A stretch of 64,000 nucleotides of DNA from Octopus sinensis (GCF_006345805.1 NC_043015.1:17794001-17858000); one strand, 5' to 3'. Counted from the stretch's first letter, positions 40,397-52,836 are shown. Made by a program: numbers and translations. Notes: generated by a model not told the origin, from the letters alone.

Positions 40397-40815
40397 GTTA
40401 GGCCTTCTCATGTAAACTCAAGCTTTCTCATGCCTTGAACATAAGACCAAAGCAGAGAATGTATTCTTTTATTCTTCTGCTTTTTCCAGCCATTGGTCTG
40501 TGGCCATGCTGGGGCAATGCCTTGAAGAATTGTAGTTTAATGAATCAACTCCAGTTTTATTTTTGTAAGCATTGTACTTATTCTATCTGTTTCCTTTGTC
40601 AAACCACTAGGTGACAGGGATGTAAACAAACCAACATTCGTTGTCAAGCAGTGGTGGAGGACAATCACAAGCACAGACACGCACACACACACACATACAT
40701 GCATACACATATACACACATACATACATACATACATATACATATACACACATACATACATACATATACATATACACACATACATACATATATATATATAT
40801 GTGTGTATATAGATA

Positions 40816-41074
40816 TTGCAGCGTGGAAGGTGTTTGTAAGCCATTTAAGAAACACACAAAAACCGTTACATTCACTTCAACATTTAAATTTAATCTGCCA
40901 AAATATTTTCGTCGCTTTGAGACCGCGACCTGTTCACTGACAAAAATATCGTGCTAACAGGTCGCGGTCTCAAAGCGACGGAAATATTTTGACAAATTAA
41001 ATTTAAATGTTGAAGTGAATCTAACGGTTTTTATGTGTTTCTTAAATGGCTTATAAACACCTTCAACGCTGCAA
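40816..41074. repeat. 119-bp inverted repeat with 21-bp spacer
   Basis: 40816-40934 is the near-perfect reverse complement of 40956-41074. Confidence 0.9.
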
Positions 41075-41629
41075 CTGTTTTCGTTCCAGCACACGATCTC
41101 AGATCAAGTCACTTGCTATGCAAGTACATCTCTGTAACTATATATATATTTATATATATATATATGTATATTGGTAAAAACAGTAAGATAACAAAAGAAA
41201 GAAAGAGACCTCAATATTATGTAAATAGAGGAAATCTTTATATATAAAAGTGAGGTTGTGTGTCAGTCTCCTACGATTTAGATTCCTAACTACTCCCACA
41301 TTTTGCGGTGCAGTTTAACCAAAACCGGGTATCTTATAGTCGTGATTCATATCGAGACCGTCTGGGTATTAGCGCACGTCTACGATGAGTCTACGATTTA
41401 AAAAAAAATTTACCATCAATTTTTCCCATTTTTAATCCATTTTTGACATATATAAGGGAAGTAACTCTCTAAAATTTATTATTAAATCTCAGAACGTAAA
41501 AAGCTACAGTAACACCCCTCCCCCTTTGTGGTTAGCCATATTGAGATGGCTATTATACTTTACATCTCTAAAAATGCTTATATAATTATTTCCCTTACAA
41601 ACCCGAGCAACGCCGGGCGATACTGCTAG

Positions 41630-43047
41630 TACTTTTATAAAGCTCGTAGGGTAGACCATCCAGTCCTGGCGCCTTACCTGCGCCGCAGTCAGCCATGGCC
41701 TCCATTACTTCCCCAGGCGTGATCGGCTCCTCACTACACTTCGCGTCCTGCTCCGTGAGGCGCGGCAGCCCGTCGAGGAGGTCCGTTAGGCCCCTCCTCT
41801 TATCCGGTCCGCCGCTCTCCCCAAAGAGCTGGGCGAAGTGGTCCTGAAAAGCTTCACACATCTCCTCGGGCTCGTCTATCAACTTACCTTGTTGGTTCGT
41901 CAAAGATCGAATTGTGGCATCGTTGCCACGTTGGGCTTCCACCACTCGGGCCCATCTCGCGGCATTAATTCCTTCGCTCCCCATTGCACGTTGTCTAGCC
42001 CTGACAATGCAACCCATGTGTTTGGCTTCGAGGTGCTGGTTTAAAACCAGTCTCTTGACCTTCACCTGGGCTGCCGTGCCAGTTCGCATTGCTTCCTCTA
42101 AGTCCTTAACTAGTGCTGATTCCCTTCTAGCCTCTCTAGCTACTAGATCTATACTATATCTAATGGACTCATATCTGATGGCTCGCTTGAGGGCATACCA
42201 CCATTTGTTGTTAATTATGGTTCCGGTCAAAGCCCTCTGAATCATTAACCTTATCCTGTCACTGTACTCCTTAATCGCCAAAAGGGACATATTAAGTTTC
42301 CAGTAACCAGGACCTCTATTTGTCTTATCTATGTCTAGCCTACAGGTGACCATCTTGTGGTCACTGTAGCTGACCATGTGGAGCTGTGGACTCCTAGCTA
42401 GTTTCTTATCTACTTTTCTAATTAATATCCTGTCTATGTACGACTTGATAGATCCGTCGTTGTTTGACCATGTCCACAATGGAGCGTTCGGATGTTCCAG
42501 TCTATATGGATCTACCAGCTCGAAACGTCTTAGTAGATCCTGGAAGCAAGCATTTCCTTTCCTATCTGTTCGCGAGCCCTCACAGTCTACCCGCACATCG
42601 TAGACTGTGTTGAAGTCTCCTAAAACAACTAAAGGATGCGATATACTCAGAAACTTTCCAAGGTTCCGAAAATAATCACTTTGTTCCCCTTGACTGTGGG
42701 GTGCGTAAACCGCAACCAGCCTGATTGTCTTACGACTACTGAACGTCAAATCAAACTCAACGACGACCAGTCTACCTTCTGGATCTGAAAAAAATCAACT
42801 TTTTCTCAGAAACCCGGTTCTTTTTACACAGGACCAACACCCCGCTTCCGCCGGACAGACGGCTCGGAGAGATAATTCTCTCGTAACCGCCGAACAACGG
42901 GAGCGGATCTCTTGGCCCCTTTAACCAGGTTTCTGTGGCAACAACATCTAAATCCCGTGACCTGATGTCATTTAGGAGGTGCCCTTGCTTCCAGTTCGTC
43001 ACCAAGCCACGCACATTTATGCACCCTACATGAATACGAGCCATCAC
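41630..43047 (-). CDS. Tx1/L1 ORF2 N-terminal part: APE endonuclease + linker (one frameshift near 42790)
   Basis: INVRGL, ATETW, AVYAP, VLGDFN, SYIDRI, SDH, GPGYWKLN, KAPGLDGLPYELYK. Confidence 0.9.
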
Positions 43048-43054
43048 CTACCTT

Positions 43055-44650
43055 TTAGTTGGTTTTCCTTTTTTCCGTTTGTCGTGGGGGGAAGTCCGCA
43101 TTATACAACGACTCGTGCAAGTCGAGACGCGGACCTCTGATGTCTTTTGAGTATTCCTCATGTATAATGTTGTAATTTAACCTGTCGATCTTACACACTT
43201 CTACATTTTTGGGCAATACCCTGTAAGTTTGAATTTTTTCTGCTGTTGGGGCTTCATTAATAAGTTTCACCAACCTATCGTTATCTTTGTTTATTGAGAT
43301 GTACACCATCTCTAAACCTTCCATTTTTTTCTTTGGCCTTTGTGGGGGTGATGGGGGGGACGGCGGGGAGTAGTTTGGGAGGGGAGGGAATTGTTCGACA
43401 CTGGGAGGTGGGGGTGGTTGTTCGGGTTGGGGGGGTCTTCTCTTTTTTTTTCTTTTGTGGGGAACCGTGGTTGGGCGGGGTAAATTTTTCCCCCTGTGTG
43501 TTATTTTTCTTTTTGCTTGTGCATGGGGTGGGTGGGTTTAAGTCTTCATTTTTTTCTTTTGGGTGTTTTTTTCTGCCTCACCAGTGTGAAGGCATTTTCT
43601 TCTTCTGTTGTTTTCTCTTCGACCGTCTCTTTTTTCCTCTTCTCTGCTTCCGTCCTTTTTCTCTCTTCTTCTTCTTCTTTCGTGCGGGTGGGGCAGTCTA
43701 TACGGATGTGGCCTTTCTCACCACATCCGTAGCATCGAGGCTTTCGCCCCTCCACCACCACCTGCAAATTTATTTCATCGCTGAAATTGATATTTTCTGC
43801 GACCTCCTCCAATGTCTCTGGGGCCGCCTGTACTGTCACTTGAAGAGTTTGACCTCTCTAGTTTTCCATCCTGATCTTTGTTATCGCTATAACACCTATT
43901 TTTTCTTCCAGCCCTATTAGTAAGGCTGGAAGCAACCACTTTACCTCGATTTCTGGAGGTATGTCCTCGATTCTTATTTTGGCGGACCTCCGCCCCAAAT
44001 AGGAAGGTAAGAGAACAATATCACTCGCCTTAATTGGGGTTAGCGAGTGCTTTCTTGCCATTTGCTCGCTCTTAAAATATACCATTATTGTGGCGTACTT
44101 TTTGCCCCATGTCACAAAGTCTATGTCTTGCCATATTGGTTGCAGACACTTCTCTGCCTGTTCCTTTGTTACTCTTTCGATTTTTTTCTCTTTTATTACA
44201 AATGATTTGTAAATCACTATCCTTCTTTGTGTTTCATTTTAAATTTCTTCTGGGAGGGTGGCTTTTATATTATTCCCCTCCCTTACAAACATATTTTTGT
44301 ATTTTTCATATTCTATGTCCTCCATTTTAATCTCTTCCGTCTTCCGTCCAGCGGCGGCTGCGAAGTTGTATGTTTTAGCTTGTTTTCCTTTCGAAGGCGA
44401 ACCTTCAATAATTTTAGCTGCAGACACAGCTACACTTGTAGACGAACCTTCGATAACTTTAGCTGCAAGCACAGCTACACTTGAAGGCGAACCTTCGATA
44501 ACTTTAGCTGCAGACACAGCTACACTTGAAGGCGAACCTTCGATGACTTTAACTGCAGGCAAACCTGCTTCACTTGAAGGCGAACCTTCGTCACTTGAGC
44601 GGACAGTGTTTCCACATCAAACAACATTTTTTTTGACATCATGTCTTTTT
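43055..44650 (-). pseudogene. Tx1/L1 ORF1 (RRM-like region + CCHC zinc knuckle), disrupted
   Basis: ORF pieces 44239-44562, 43858-44217, 43546-43839 (CYGCGEKGHIRIDC) and 43055-43324 lie directly upstream of ORF2. Confidence 0.82.
44392..44590 (-). repeat. 45-bp coding tandem repeat (AAKVIEGSPSSVAVS) in the ORF1 N-terminus
   Basis: GAAGGCGAACCTTC recurs at about 45-bp spacing, about 4.5 units. Confidence 0.88.
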
Positions 44651-45494
44651 TGTTCATTTTTTTCAAATGTATTGTTCATTTTTTTCACAAATGTAGTGTT
44701 ATATATATATTTTTTTGTTTTTGTATGTAACGTGTAGCACTTTTCCCCTCCTTACGGAGGGGAATAACAATATTTTTCGTTATTACACCAGACGTTCAAA
44801 GTTCAAACAAAACAACAGTTTCTTTAACAAACGCTAAACAGTTACTTACAAATTACTGAAAATACCACGCTTCAAATACGGGAAAAATCAGACATCAATT
44901 AAATGTTAGCTCTTCTTTTTTTCTCTACATTGTATACTTTATAGACAATAGTCTTTTCTTTAATTTAATTTTTTATTATCCATCTGGACTATTCCATTTC
45001 TGCATGCTAATTTTATTTTTAATTTATTCCGATTCATGTGAAACCACTTATTCAAGTTCAAATCATTGATGCAATTTTATACCAATTGCTATTTTTACTT
45101 TTGTATGTTACGGTTATATTATACTTTAGTTTGATTTAAATTATTACTTACTACATATAATTCAATTGTTATTATTATTTTTATTGTTAAAGTGAAAGCA
45201 TCTGACATGAAATAGAGAAATATTTTTGTTTCACTTTTAACACGTAATACTGAAATAGTGGAGAAGATATGATATTGCTATGAGCTCACTCTAGGCAAGA
45301 AGTTGAACATTTTTTTTGCCCATGAAACTACATGGACCCTAAGTAGGGCATGTGTAAAATTTGAATGAAATTGGTTGTGTAGTTCTCAAGTTTTAGGGAA
45401 TCGTAGTGGAGAAAATATGATATTGCTGTGGGCTCGCCCTAGGCAAAAAGTTAAAATTTTAGGAAACACACAGACAGACAGACACATATTCTCA

Positions 45495-45538
<44 letters not shown>

Positions 45539-45629
45539 GAAAACAGTAGTATTGATGATGATGGGGTGAATAGAAGGAATAGTGGTAGCACTTCTAATAA
45601 AAATATTATGGATTATAGTTCCAGTATAT

Positions 45630-45665
<36 letters not shown>

Positions 45666-46611
45666 ATTTGGCTCAAAAGCAAATAGCAAGGCCATGTAGG
45701 GGGACATGGAGTTAAGTACAGGGTGGTGTTCATGTAAAGAGTTCAGGCCACTTGAGGTCCAGGGAGGCTTTGAACAAAGCGGTCGTCGGCATCTTCACCA
45801 TCTCGTCTGGCAGCTTGTTCCACGGATCCGCAACCCGGACGGAGAAAGCTCCTCTCCTTCGATTGAGATGAAATCGTCGCAGGTAGAGCTTTTCGAAATG
45901 ACCCCGCAGCCGACGCTCTGGAGCAGGAGTGAAGAACAGCTCTTTCGAGAAGTTACACTTTCCGCTTATGATGTTGTGGGCGAGAATGAGATCACCACGG
46001 CGGCGGCGTTTTTCAAGAGAATAAAGGTCGAGCGTCCTCAGCCTTTCTTCGTAGGACAAATTTTTGAGACCATGAACCATGCGGGTAGCCAGCTTCTGGA
46101 CTCTTTCGAGATGCTGTATGTCTTTGAGGAGATAAGGAGAAGAGGCTTGAATCCCATACTCCAATATGGGTCTCACCAGCGTGACATAGAGTGGTAGGAA
46201 TATGGCTGCTGTGAGCATTCCGAATGACCGTCGAATCAAGAACAGAATTCCGCGTGCTTTGTTGGCAGCATGGACGCACTGGGCCGAAGGCGAAAAGGAG
46301 GAATCCACCAAGATACCCAGGTCCTTTACCTGATCGGTCCTCTCCAGCAGCAGACGACCCGGCTCGAAATCAAGTTGAGTTGCAGGAGTAGAGCCGACAG
46401 GCAGATGACAACACTTTGACACGTTCAGACACAGGTCCCAATCGTTAGACCACTTCCAAATTTGGTGGAGACATCGACGAAGATCCTCTATATTACCGCG
46501 AGGAGCGACCAGTTTGATATCGTCGGCAAATAGAAGGGTGTGTTGCGTGAGGTCGTCGGGCAAGTCATTTATGAAGACTAAGAACAACAAGGGCCCAAGC
46601 ACTGAACCTTG
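45630..46611 (-). mobile_element. 5'-truncated CR1-group LINE (RT C-terminal half intact)
   Basis: QGSVLGPLLFL, LFADDIKL, KDLGILVD, LVRPILEYG, LERVQKLATR; (TAAC)n tail; TSD AGTATAT (45623-45629, 46612-46618). Confidence 0.92.
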
Positions 46612-49559
46612 AGTATATATACGGGCATGGAAACTATTAGTATGCCTGATGATGCAGAGGTGATTCTATATGATAATATGATTGAAGTGGAGTTAGAAAA
46701 TAACTGACGTGAACATAACATACTTGATAATAGGATTATTAATAGCAAAAATATTAATAATAAAAATAAAACTAATAATTTAAATCTTAATAATACTAAT
46801 ATTAATAATAATAATTCTCCTTGTTGCAACTGTAGAGGTAAATCCTGCTCTTTGTTATTAGGCCAATGTCTTACCCAGAATGTAGTATATAAATGCACAA
46901 TAATAACTACAACTAATAATTATATTTACTTCATTTGTTCAATCAATTTGAAACAGCATATATACTATCATGTGTCGTCTTTTAAACTTAAACATAAGGC
47001 AAATTGTACGTCATTATCCAGTAAGATTTGAGAATTGAAAGAAAGTGGAATTGGGTTTAGCCTCATATGAGAAATAATAAGAAAAGCTTAGCTTTATAGA
47101 AATAGCAGATATGGGTGTGAGCAAAATGAAATTTTTAAGCATAAAGAAAATGGCAACCTGATTAATAATCCATTAGACCTTAGGGTATCATGTGTACATA
47201 GTGCCACCCGTACCTTCAAATATTTTAGAAAGTAGCACTTTATTGATCTTGTGATTTAAAAACCAATAATGTACCTCTTAGTTTAAAATCAGTGCATAGT
47301 TAGCATGCCCTACAACATTAATTTTCCTTTAGTGATTATAGATACAAGCTAATTAAGTAAATTAACAATTTTTAGTTTTAAATATGAATTATTACATATT
47401 TTCTATAAATCTTCTCTATTGAAGTTGCTAAGTTGTATATATACTTCATCATGATTTTAGTGATTAAGCTGTTTTATATCTTTTTCCTCTGGTGTTTCTA
47501 CCCTACCTGACTTTATACTTAATACTTTATAATTGCCTTTAGAGAAGCCTAAATTTTTGTACCCCTATAAATTCATACTTATAAAAAACAATATGAGTAT
47601 CGTCATAACTTAAAATTAAACTACTTTATAGTAAATTTGTTCTCTCACCTCAATTATAAATCTTCCTGATAACCCTAAATTTTAACTTTATACAATAATG
47701 TATTTACTTGTTTTACTTAAATTATTATATATTTTACTTTAATTATTTTCTATAAATATTTGCTATTAAGGTATGGATATTTTATTATGGTTTTAGTGAT
47801 TAGGCTGTCTTTATTCCTTTTCTATGAGACTCTACCTTAACTGATCATTTTATTATTATTGTTATTGTTATTATTATTTTATAGTAGCCTTAAATAAATC
47901 TAATCCTTGTACCTCTATTATTTCATACTCGGCTTATATAAGGTGATACTGGTATCTCAACAACTTAAAATAGTTCAATTAAATTAAATTAGTATATAGT
48001 TAACATGTTCTTTAACCTCAGTTGGTCCATTAAATACCAGTTAAATCCAATTGATCAATCTCCATAGAAACCATATAATAAGTAAATAAATATTAAACTA
48101 TTTTCTTTGCAATTTCCTTTTCCTCCCTCTTTTGTGGTAAAAATTTGGTATATACTCAAAATATTCAAAGAAGTTTTATCTTTTTGTTAAAATTTCATTC
48201 TTAATAATCTTCTTAATTACCCTAAATTTTAACTTTAGACAATATTGTTTGAAATGATCTTTAGAAATTACTTGATTTATCTCTTTCTTAAATGGTTCTA
48301 CCCTCCTGATCTTAGTATTTTATAAGGGCCTTTATATAAATAACCCTTCTAAACAAGTACCACCAAGAAACTATAAGTATCATGTAGGGAGTAACAATAA
48401 TAACTTCTTAAACCTATAATATAACCCTTAGTTTACATAAAGAAAGATTAGTGTAAAATATGAATGTTCCATAACTTTAATATTCCTTTAGCTGAAACCA
48501 GACATCAGTCTATGTTAGCTAAATAAGTAAATATATAATTTTTAGTCTAATATATTTTAAATTATACTTTTTCTATCAACCTTCTCTACTGGTGTTAATA
48601 AGCTGCATATACTTTACCATAGTATTAGTAATTAAGCTATATTTTATTCCTTTTCTATGGTGTTCTGCCCTACTTGATTATTTTATTTCATTTCTTTACT
48701 ATTTTATAATTTGCGTTTATTTATTCATAAAATTAAGCTAATCTTTGTATCTCATACTTAGCTTACATAAAACTATACTGGTATATTCACTACTTATAAA
48801 AAAAACTGCTTAGATTATAATTTTATTAATATATAATTAGAATGTTCTTTTACCTCAATACTCCTTTATTAATATCAGTATATACCAATTAATCAATATT
48901 CACAGATACCATCTGATGAGTTAGTATTTAAGTGTATAATATGTATTAATATTAAACTATTTCTGGATAATTTCTTTTCCTCCTTCTATTGTGGTAAAAG
49001 TTAGGTATATACTCAAAAGTATTCATAAATTTCTATCCTTTTGTTAGAATATTCTTCTTAATAACCCTCTGAATAGCCCTAAACTTTAACTGTAGCAACA
49101 TTGTTTAAAATATTTAACTATAGTACGACATGATAAGAATTCCCCTGTTTCATTATCAATGGTCTGCTAATGGGCGACCCCCTTAATTGTCAGCTAACAT
49201 CTTGTTTTAAGTTTTCCTTTACCAAACCTCATGATATTGCTTCTAATAAATCCTGATTTTTGTGACTATACCAACTATGATTTCTGTCTGCTCCCTCAGC
49301 TCTACACCTAACAGATACTGTCCTTTATTGTCTCAGCCTTAGATATACAAGGATTTGATAAACTAGTCTATAAATTAAAACTGACTCCATAAAAACAAAT
49401 AAAATCAGTGACAGGCAGAGTCTTCTTGATAATTTAGTAACTTCTGTGCTGAAGTGGAGACAACATTTTCTTTGTCTATCTCCTTAACTTCTTGGAGATT
49501 TTAGGTATTATTATATTAATGTGCCTGTCTATTCTAATTTAATTAAATTCTATGTCTAT

Positions 49560-49648
49560 ATGCAGCTGAGGATTGCTCTGCATTTTAAACTGATGTAATG
49601 ATTGCATTGTTCAATTAAATGGAGTTGCATGAAACAATCGTACTGCAT
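49560..49648 (+). ncRNA. Type I hammerhead ribozyme motif with long stem II
   Basis: ATGCAG-CTGAGGA-(58 nt)-GAAA-CAATC-GTA-CTGCAT; perfect 6-bp stem I. Confidence 0.7.
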
Positions 49649-49676
49649 TACCGCTGGATATCCTTGTTGCTTATTT

Positions 49677-49712
<36 letters not shown>

Positions 49713-49718
<6 letters not shown>

Positions 49719-51463
49719 TGTTGTGTCTGGGGAGAGTCATTCTCATTTAGTGCCTTATAATTTAACACACCGGTAAAATTTCCACTCATTTCCTTCATTA
49801 TATTTTTTAAATCTTCATTGCGTCTTGCAAACCTTTTCAATAGTTGTTGACTCTGTCCATTATTCACACTGCATTCTTTTTGTTCGTTTGTGTGCATGTG
49901 TGTAGGTTAGTGTGTATGTGTGTGCATACACATGTATGTATATATATATGTATGTATGCATGCATGTGTGTGTATACATATGTATATATGTATGTATGTG
50001 TGTACATTTGTATGTATGTATTCTGCATATGTATATATGTATGTGTGTACATTTGTATGTATTCTGCACATTCATGTGTTTGTGTGTCCATGTTTGTGTG
50101 TTTTTAAGTGTGTATGTGTGTGTGATTGCATGTGTGTGTGTGTGTGTGTACCTCTGTCTCCATGTGTGTGCATGTCTGAGTGTGTGTGGCGGGGATTGCA
50201 ACTATGTTTTGTGTTTGTATGGATGTGTATCTCCATATGTGTGGAAAGAAACTAGATAACATTATATGTAATGATACCAGTGGTACCTGCCCTAGATATA
50301 GAAACAAAAAAACTGGAAAAGGATACGAAGAACTTGTGACAAAGCAAGCAGGGTGAACACGTGGTATAAAACCGACAAATCTTAAGGAGTGAAGTTTGTA
50401 GAGGCCACAGCCCACGGAGAACTCTGAAGGAGACCAAACTCAACATTAAGATTGTTGAAAAGCCAGGAAACTCCATCACATCACAACTATGTAGGATGGT
50501 ATGTAGGATTAGCCCTGGCATTAACTGTAGAACTAAAAATGTAGGTTACTGCATAAGACGCATAGAAAGTGCTTGTAAAGACATGAACATGACATACATA
50601 GGGGAGACATCAAGGAGCATTGTGGAACGAATAAATGAACATCTGAGACAATATGACGACAAAAAACAGTCCTCTATACTCTACCAATATGCCAAGGACC
50701 AACATGGAGGCAACCTGGGTGAACTTGACATCTGCATCTTATCCAAGCACCCAAAGGACCCAACACTCAGACAAATACAGGAGTACATCTTTATAAATGA
50801 AACTTCCCCAATGCTAAATAGGAAATATACGTAGTAGATATCATAACCCCTTACTCACAGTTTATACAGGTCGAGTAGAATAGTTAGTGGGCTTTTATGT
50901 AGATAGATGTATGTATGTGTGTGTATGGGTGTACATATATATGTATGTGCACATGTATGTAAGCATATGGATATGAAAGTAAACAGATAGACATACATAT
51001 GGATAGGTACATAGGTTATATGAACAGACAAGCACATACACACATATACAAATGAAGACTGAAACACATGACCATATATACACACACACTTTACTTCACA
51101 CAAGGACACATATGGATACACATGTCCATTCATATAAATACAGTACATAGTTTCAAAACACACAGACACACACACACATGCACACACAAGAATACAGAGG
51201 TACACACACATAGATAAAAACACAAACATGAACAAACAAACACATGAATATGCAGAATACATACATACAAATTTATACACATACATGTATACATATGCAC
51301 ACACACGTACATGCATGCACACACATGCATACACACATGCATACATACATACATACATGCGTATGCACACACACATGCATACATACGTGGAAATTTTACT
51401 GGTGAGTGTGTTAAATTATAAGGCACTAAAAGAGAATGACTCTCCCCAGACACAACAGAATAT
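49713..51463 (+). mobile_element. Penelope-like fragment: GIY-YIG flanked by inverted terminal segments
   Basis: 49713-49786 is inverted at 51388-51463; the (TG/TA)-rich blocks 49880-50250 and 50900-51385 are inverted homologs; GIY-YIG lies between them. Confidence 0.78.
50496..50834 (+). pseudogene. Penelope-type GIY-YIG endonuclease fragment
   Basis: CRTKNVGY..YIGETSRSIVERINEH..RQIQEYIFINETSPMLN. Confidence 0.85.
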
Positions 51464-51526
51464 GCTTTAACACATAAACTCACATAAAGAATCTTGCAAA
51501 CCGAATCCCAAAACGAAATATATATA

Positions 51527-52568
51527 CAGTTGCGGCCAAAATATTCAGAACGGCATTGTTTTCGTCAGAAAAGTAGATATAATTTTTTATCAAAGATGTT
51601 TTATATTCTATAATTTTTACAAACAATAAACACAATATTAATTGTTATTGTCTGAGATTTTGGTGTAATTTGAGAGGATAATACAAAAGTTATGGATGAT
51701 TTGGTGATTTACTGCAAAGCCCATGGCGGCCAAAATGATCAGAACGGTTGAAAAAATAACAAAATAATCAAAAATGACAGAGAATACTGGAATTATTTAA
51801 TATTTAGTGTGAAGCCCTTTAGCTTCAATCACACTCTGACATCTTCGACTGCATGAGGAAATTAAATTTCCAATTTCTTGCAGGGTGATCTTATTCCATT
51901 CTTCCTGAAGGGCATTCCATAATTGTTCAGTTGTTTTAGGATTTCTGTTTTAGGATTTCGAACGTTCTCCTAGAATATTCCACACATTTTCAATAGGATT
52001 GAGATCTGGGCTTTGAGCTGGCCAATCCATAACAATAACCTTTTCAGCCTTGAGGAAGTTCATGACCACCTTAGCCTTGTGACAGAGGGCATTGTCCTGC
52101 ATGAATATGGGTGGTCGCTTCATTGAATTTCTCAGCACAGGCAAGACATGATCTTTTACAAGTTGTTTATAAACTCCTGCATTTAACTTTCCATGTAATC
52201 GCACCAAAGGGCCCACAGATATAATTCCCCAAACCATGACACTTCCTCCACCGAATTTAACACTAGTCTTAAGGCATTTGGGCAGCAATTTTTCACAAAT
52301 TCAAAACATTAGAGTTCGCCGGTTAAATATACTAAAACACGGAGCAACCGTTCTGATCATTTTGGCCGCCATGGGTTTTGCAGTAAATCACTAAATCATC
52401 CATAACTTTTGTGTTATCCTCTCAAATTACACCAAAATCTCAGGCAATAACAAATGATATTGTATTTATTGTCTGTGAAAATTATAGAATATAAAACAAC
52501 TTTGATAAAAAATTATATCTACTTTTCTGACGAAAACAATGACGTTCTGAACATTTTGGCCGCAACTG
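51527..52568 (-). mobile_element. Internally deleted Tc1 transposon with about 225-bp IR/DR-type TIRs
   Basis: TA|CAGTTGCGGCCAAAAT..ATTTTGGCCGCAACTG|TA; inner repeat GGCCAAAATGATCAGAACG; GGGSVMVWG, FMQDNA, WPAQSPDLNPIENVW. Confidence 0.93.
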
Positions 52569-52764
52569 TATATATATATATATATATGATTGCTTCATCT
52601 TGACAGTTGATAGCCGTCCCATCAACACATCCTATCACACAGCAATATGTATTATGTGTGATTGTGTTCTGTTGTGAAAAGGAGGATGCATGAATCAAAT
52701 GAAGTCATGTGAAAATCGAAATGCCCAGATAAGTAATAATGTTACGCCTCTTACAACTTGTGTC

Positions 52765-52795
<31 letters not shown>

Positions 52796-52805
52796 TGTAT
52801 GTATG

Positions 52806-52836
<31 letters not shown>

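Larger units (their letters stand above)
39399..41629 (+). mobile_element. Non-autonomous composite Helitron inserted in LINE ORF2
   Basis: A|TC..hairpin-CTAG|T with no TSD; excision restores YELYKS-MPDLFG; both terminal modules are shared with 20775-23724. Confidence 0.92.
37187..44903 (-). mobile_element. Full-length Tx1/L1-clade LINE (ORF1 + ORF2)
   Basis: 11-bp TSD TGTTAGCTCTT (37176-37186, 44904-44914); AATAAA at the 3' end; ORF1 with CCHC knuckle; ORF2 with APE, RT and C-terminal Cys/His motif. Confidence 0.92.
37021..45505 (-). mobile_element. Non-autonomous Helitron (outer), split by the Tx1 LINE
   Basis: Minus-strand 3' end hairpin GACCCGGCAACGACGGGTC then CTAG at 37021; Helitron-like 5' end (TA)nAAAACTGAGAATATGTGTCTGTCTG near 45500. 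Linking the two ends relies on the LINE TSD. Confidence 0.68.
45532..49680 (+). mobile_element. Degenerate Penelope-like element 3' part (Asn-rich linker, GIY-YIG, long 3' region, hammerhead)
   Basis: About 46810-47236 translates with stops to CNCRGKSC..GQCLTQNVVYKCTI..LSSKI*ELK..SCVHSATRTFKYF, homologous to ORF 57398-58053; its terminus TTGTTGCTTATTTTGAT is shared with the 56.6-kb copy. Confidence 0.78.

Noticed and set aside
43294-44737. Plus-strand ORFs of 159-208 aa (also 53529-54110, 60322-60819)
   Set aside because: Antisense shadows of minus-strand retroelement ORFs.
49844-51483. Long Cys/Val/Tyr/His-rich ORFs (also at 19263-19864, 35303-35749, 40537-40940)
   Set aside because: Translations of (TG)n/(TA)n/(TAT)n microsatellite DNA.
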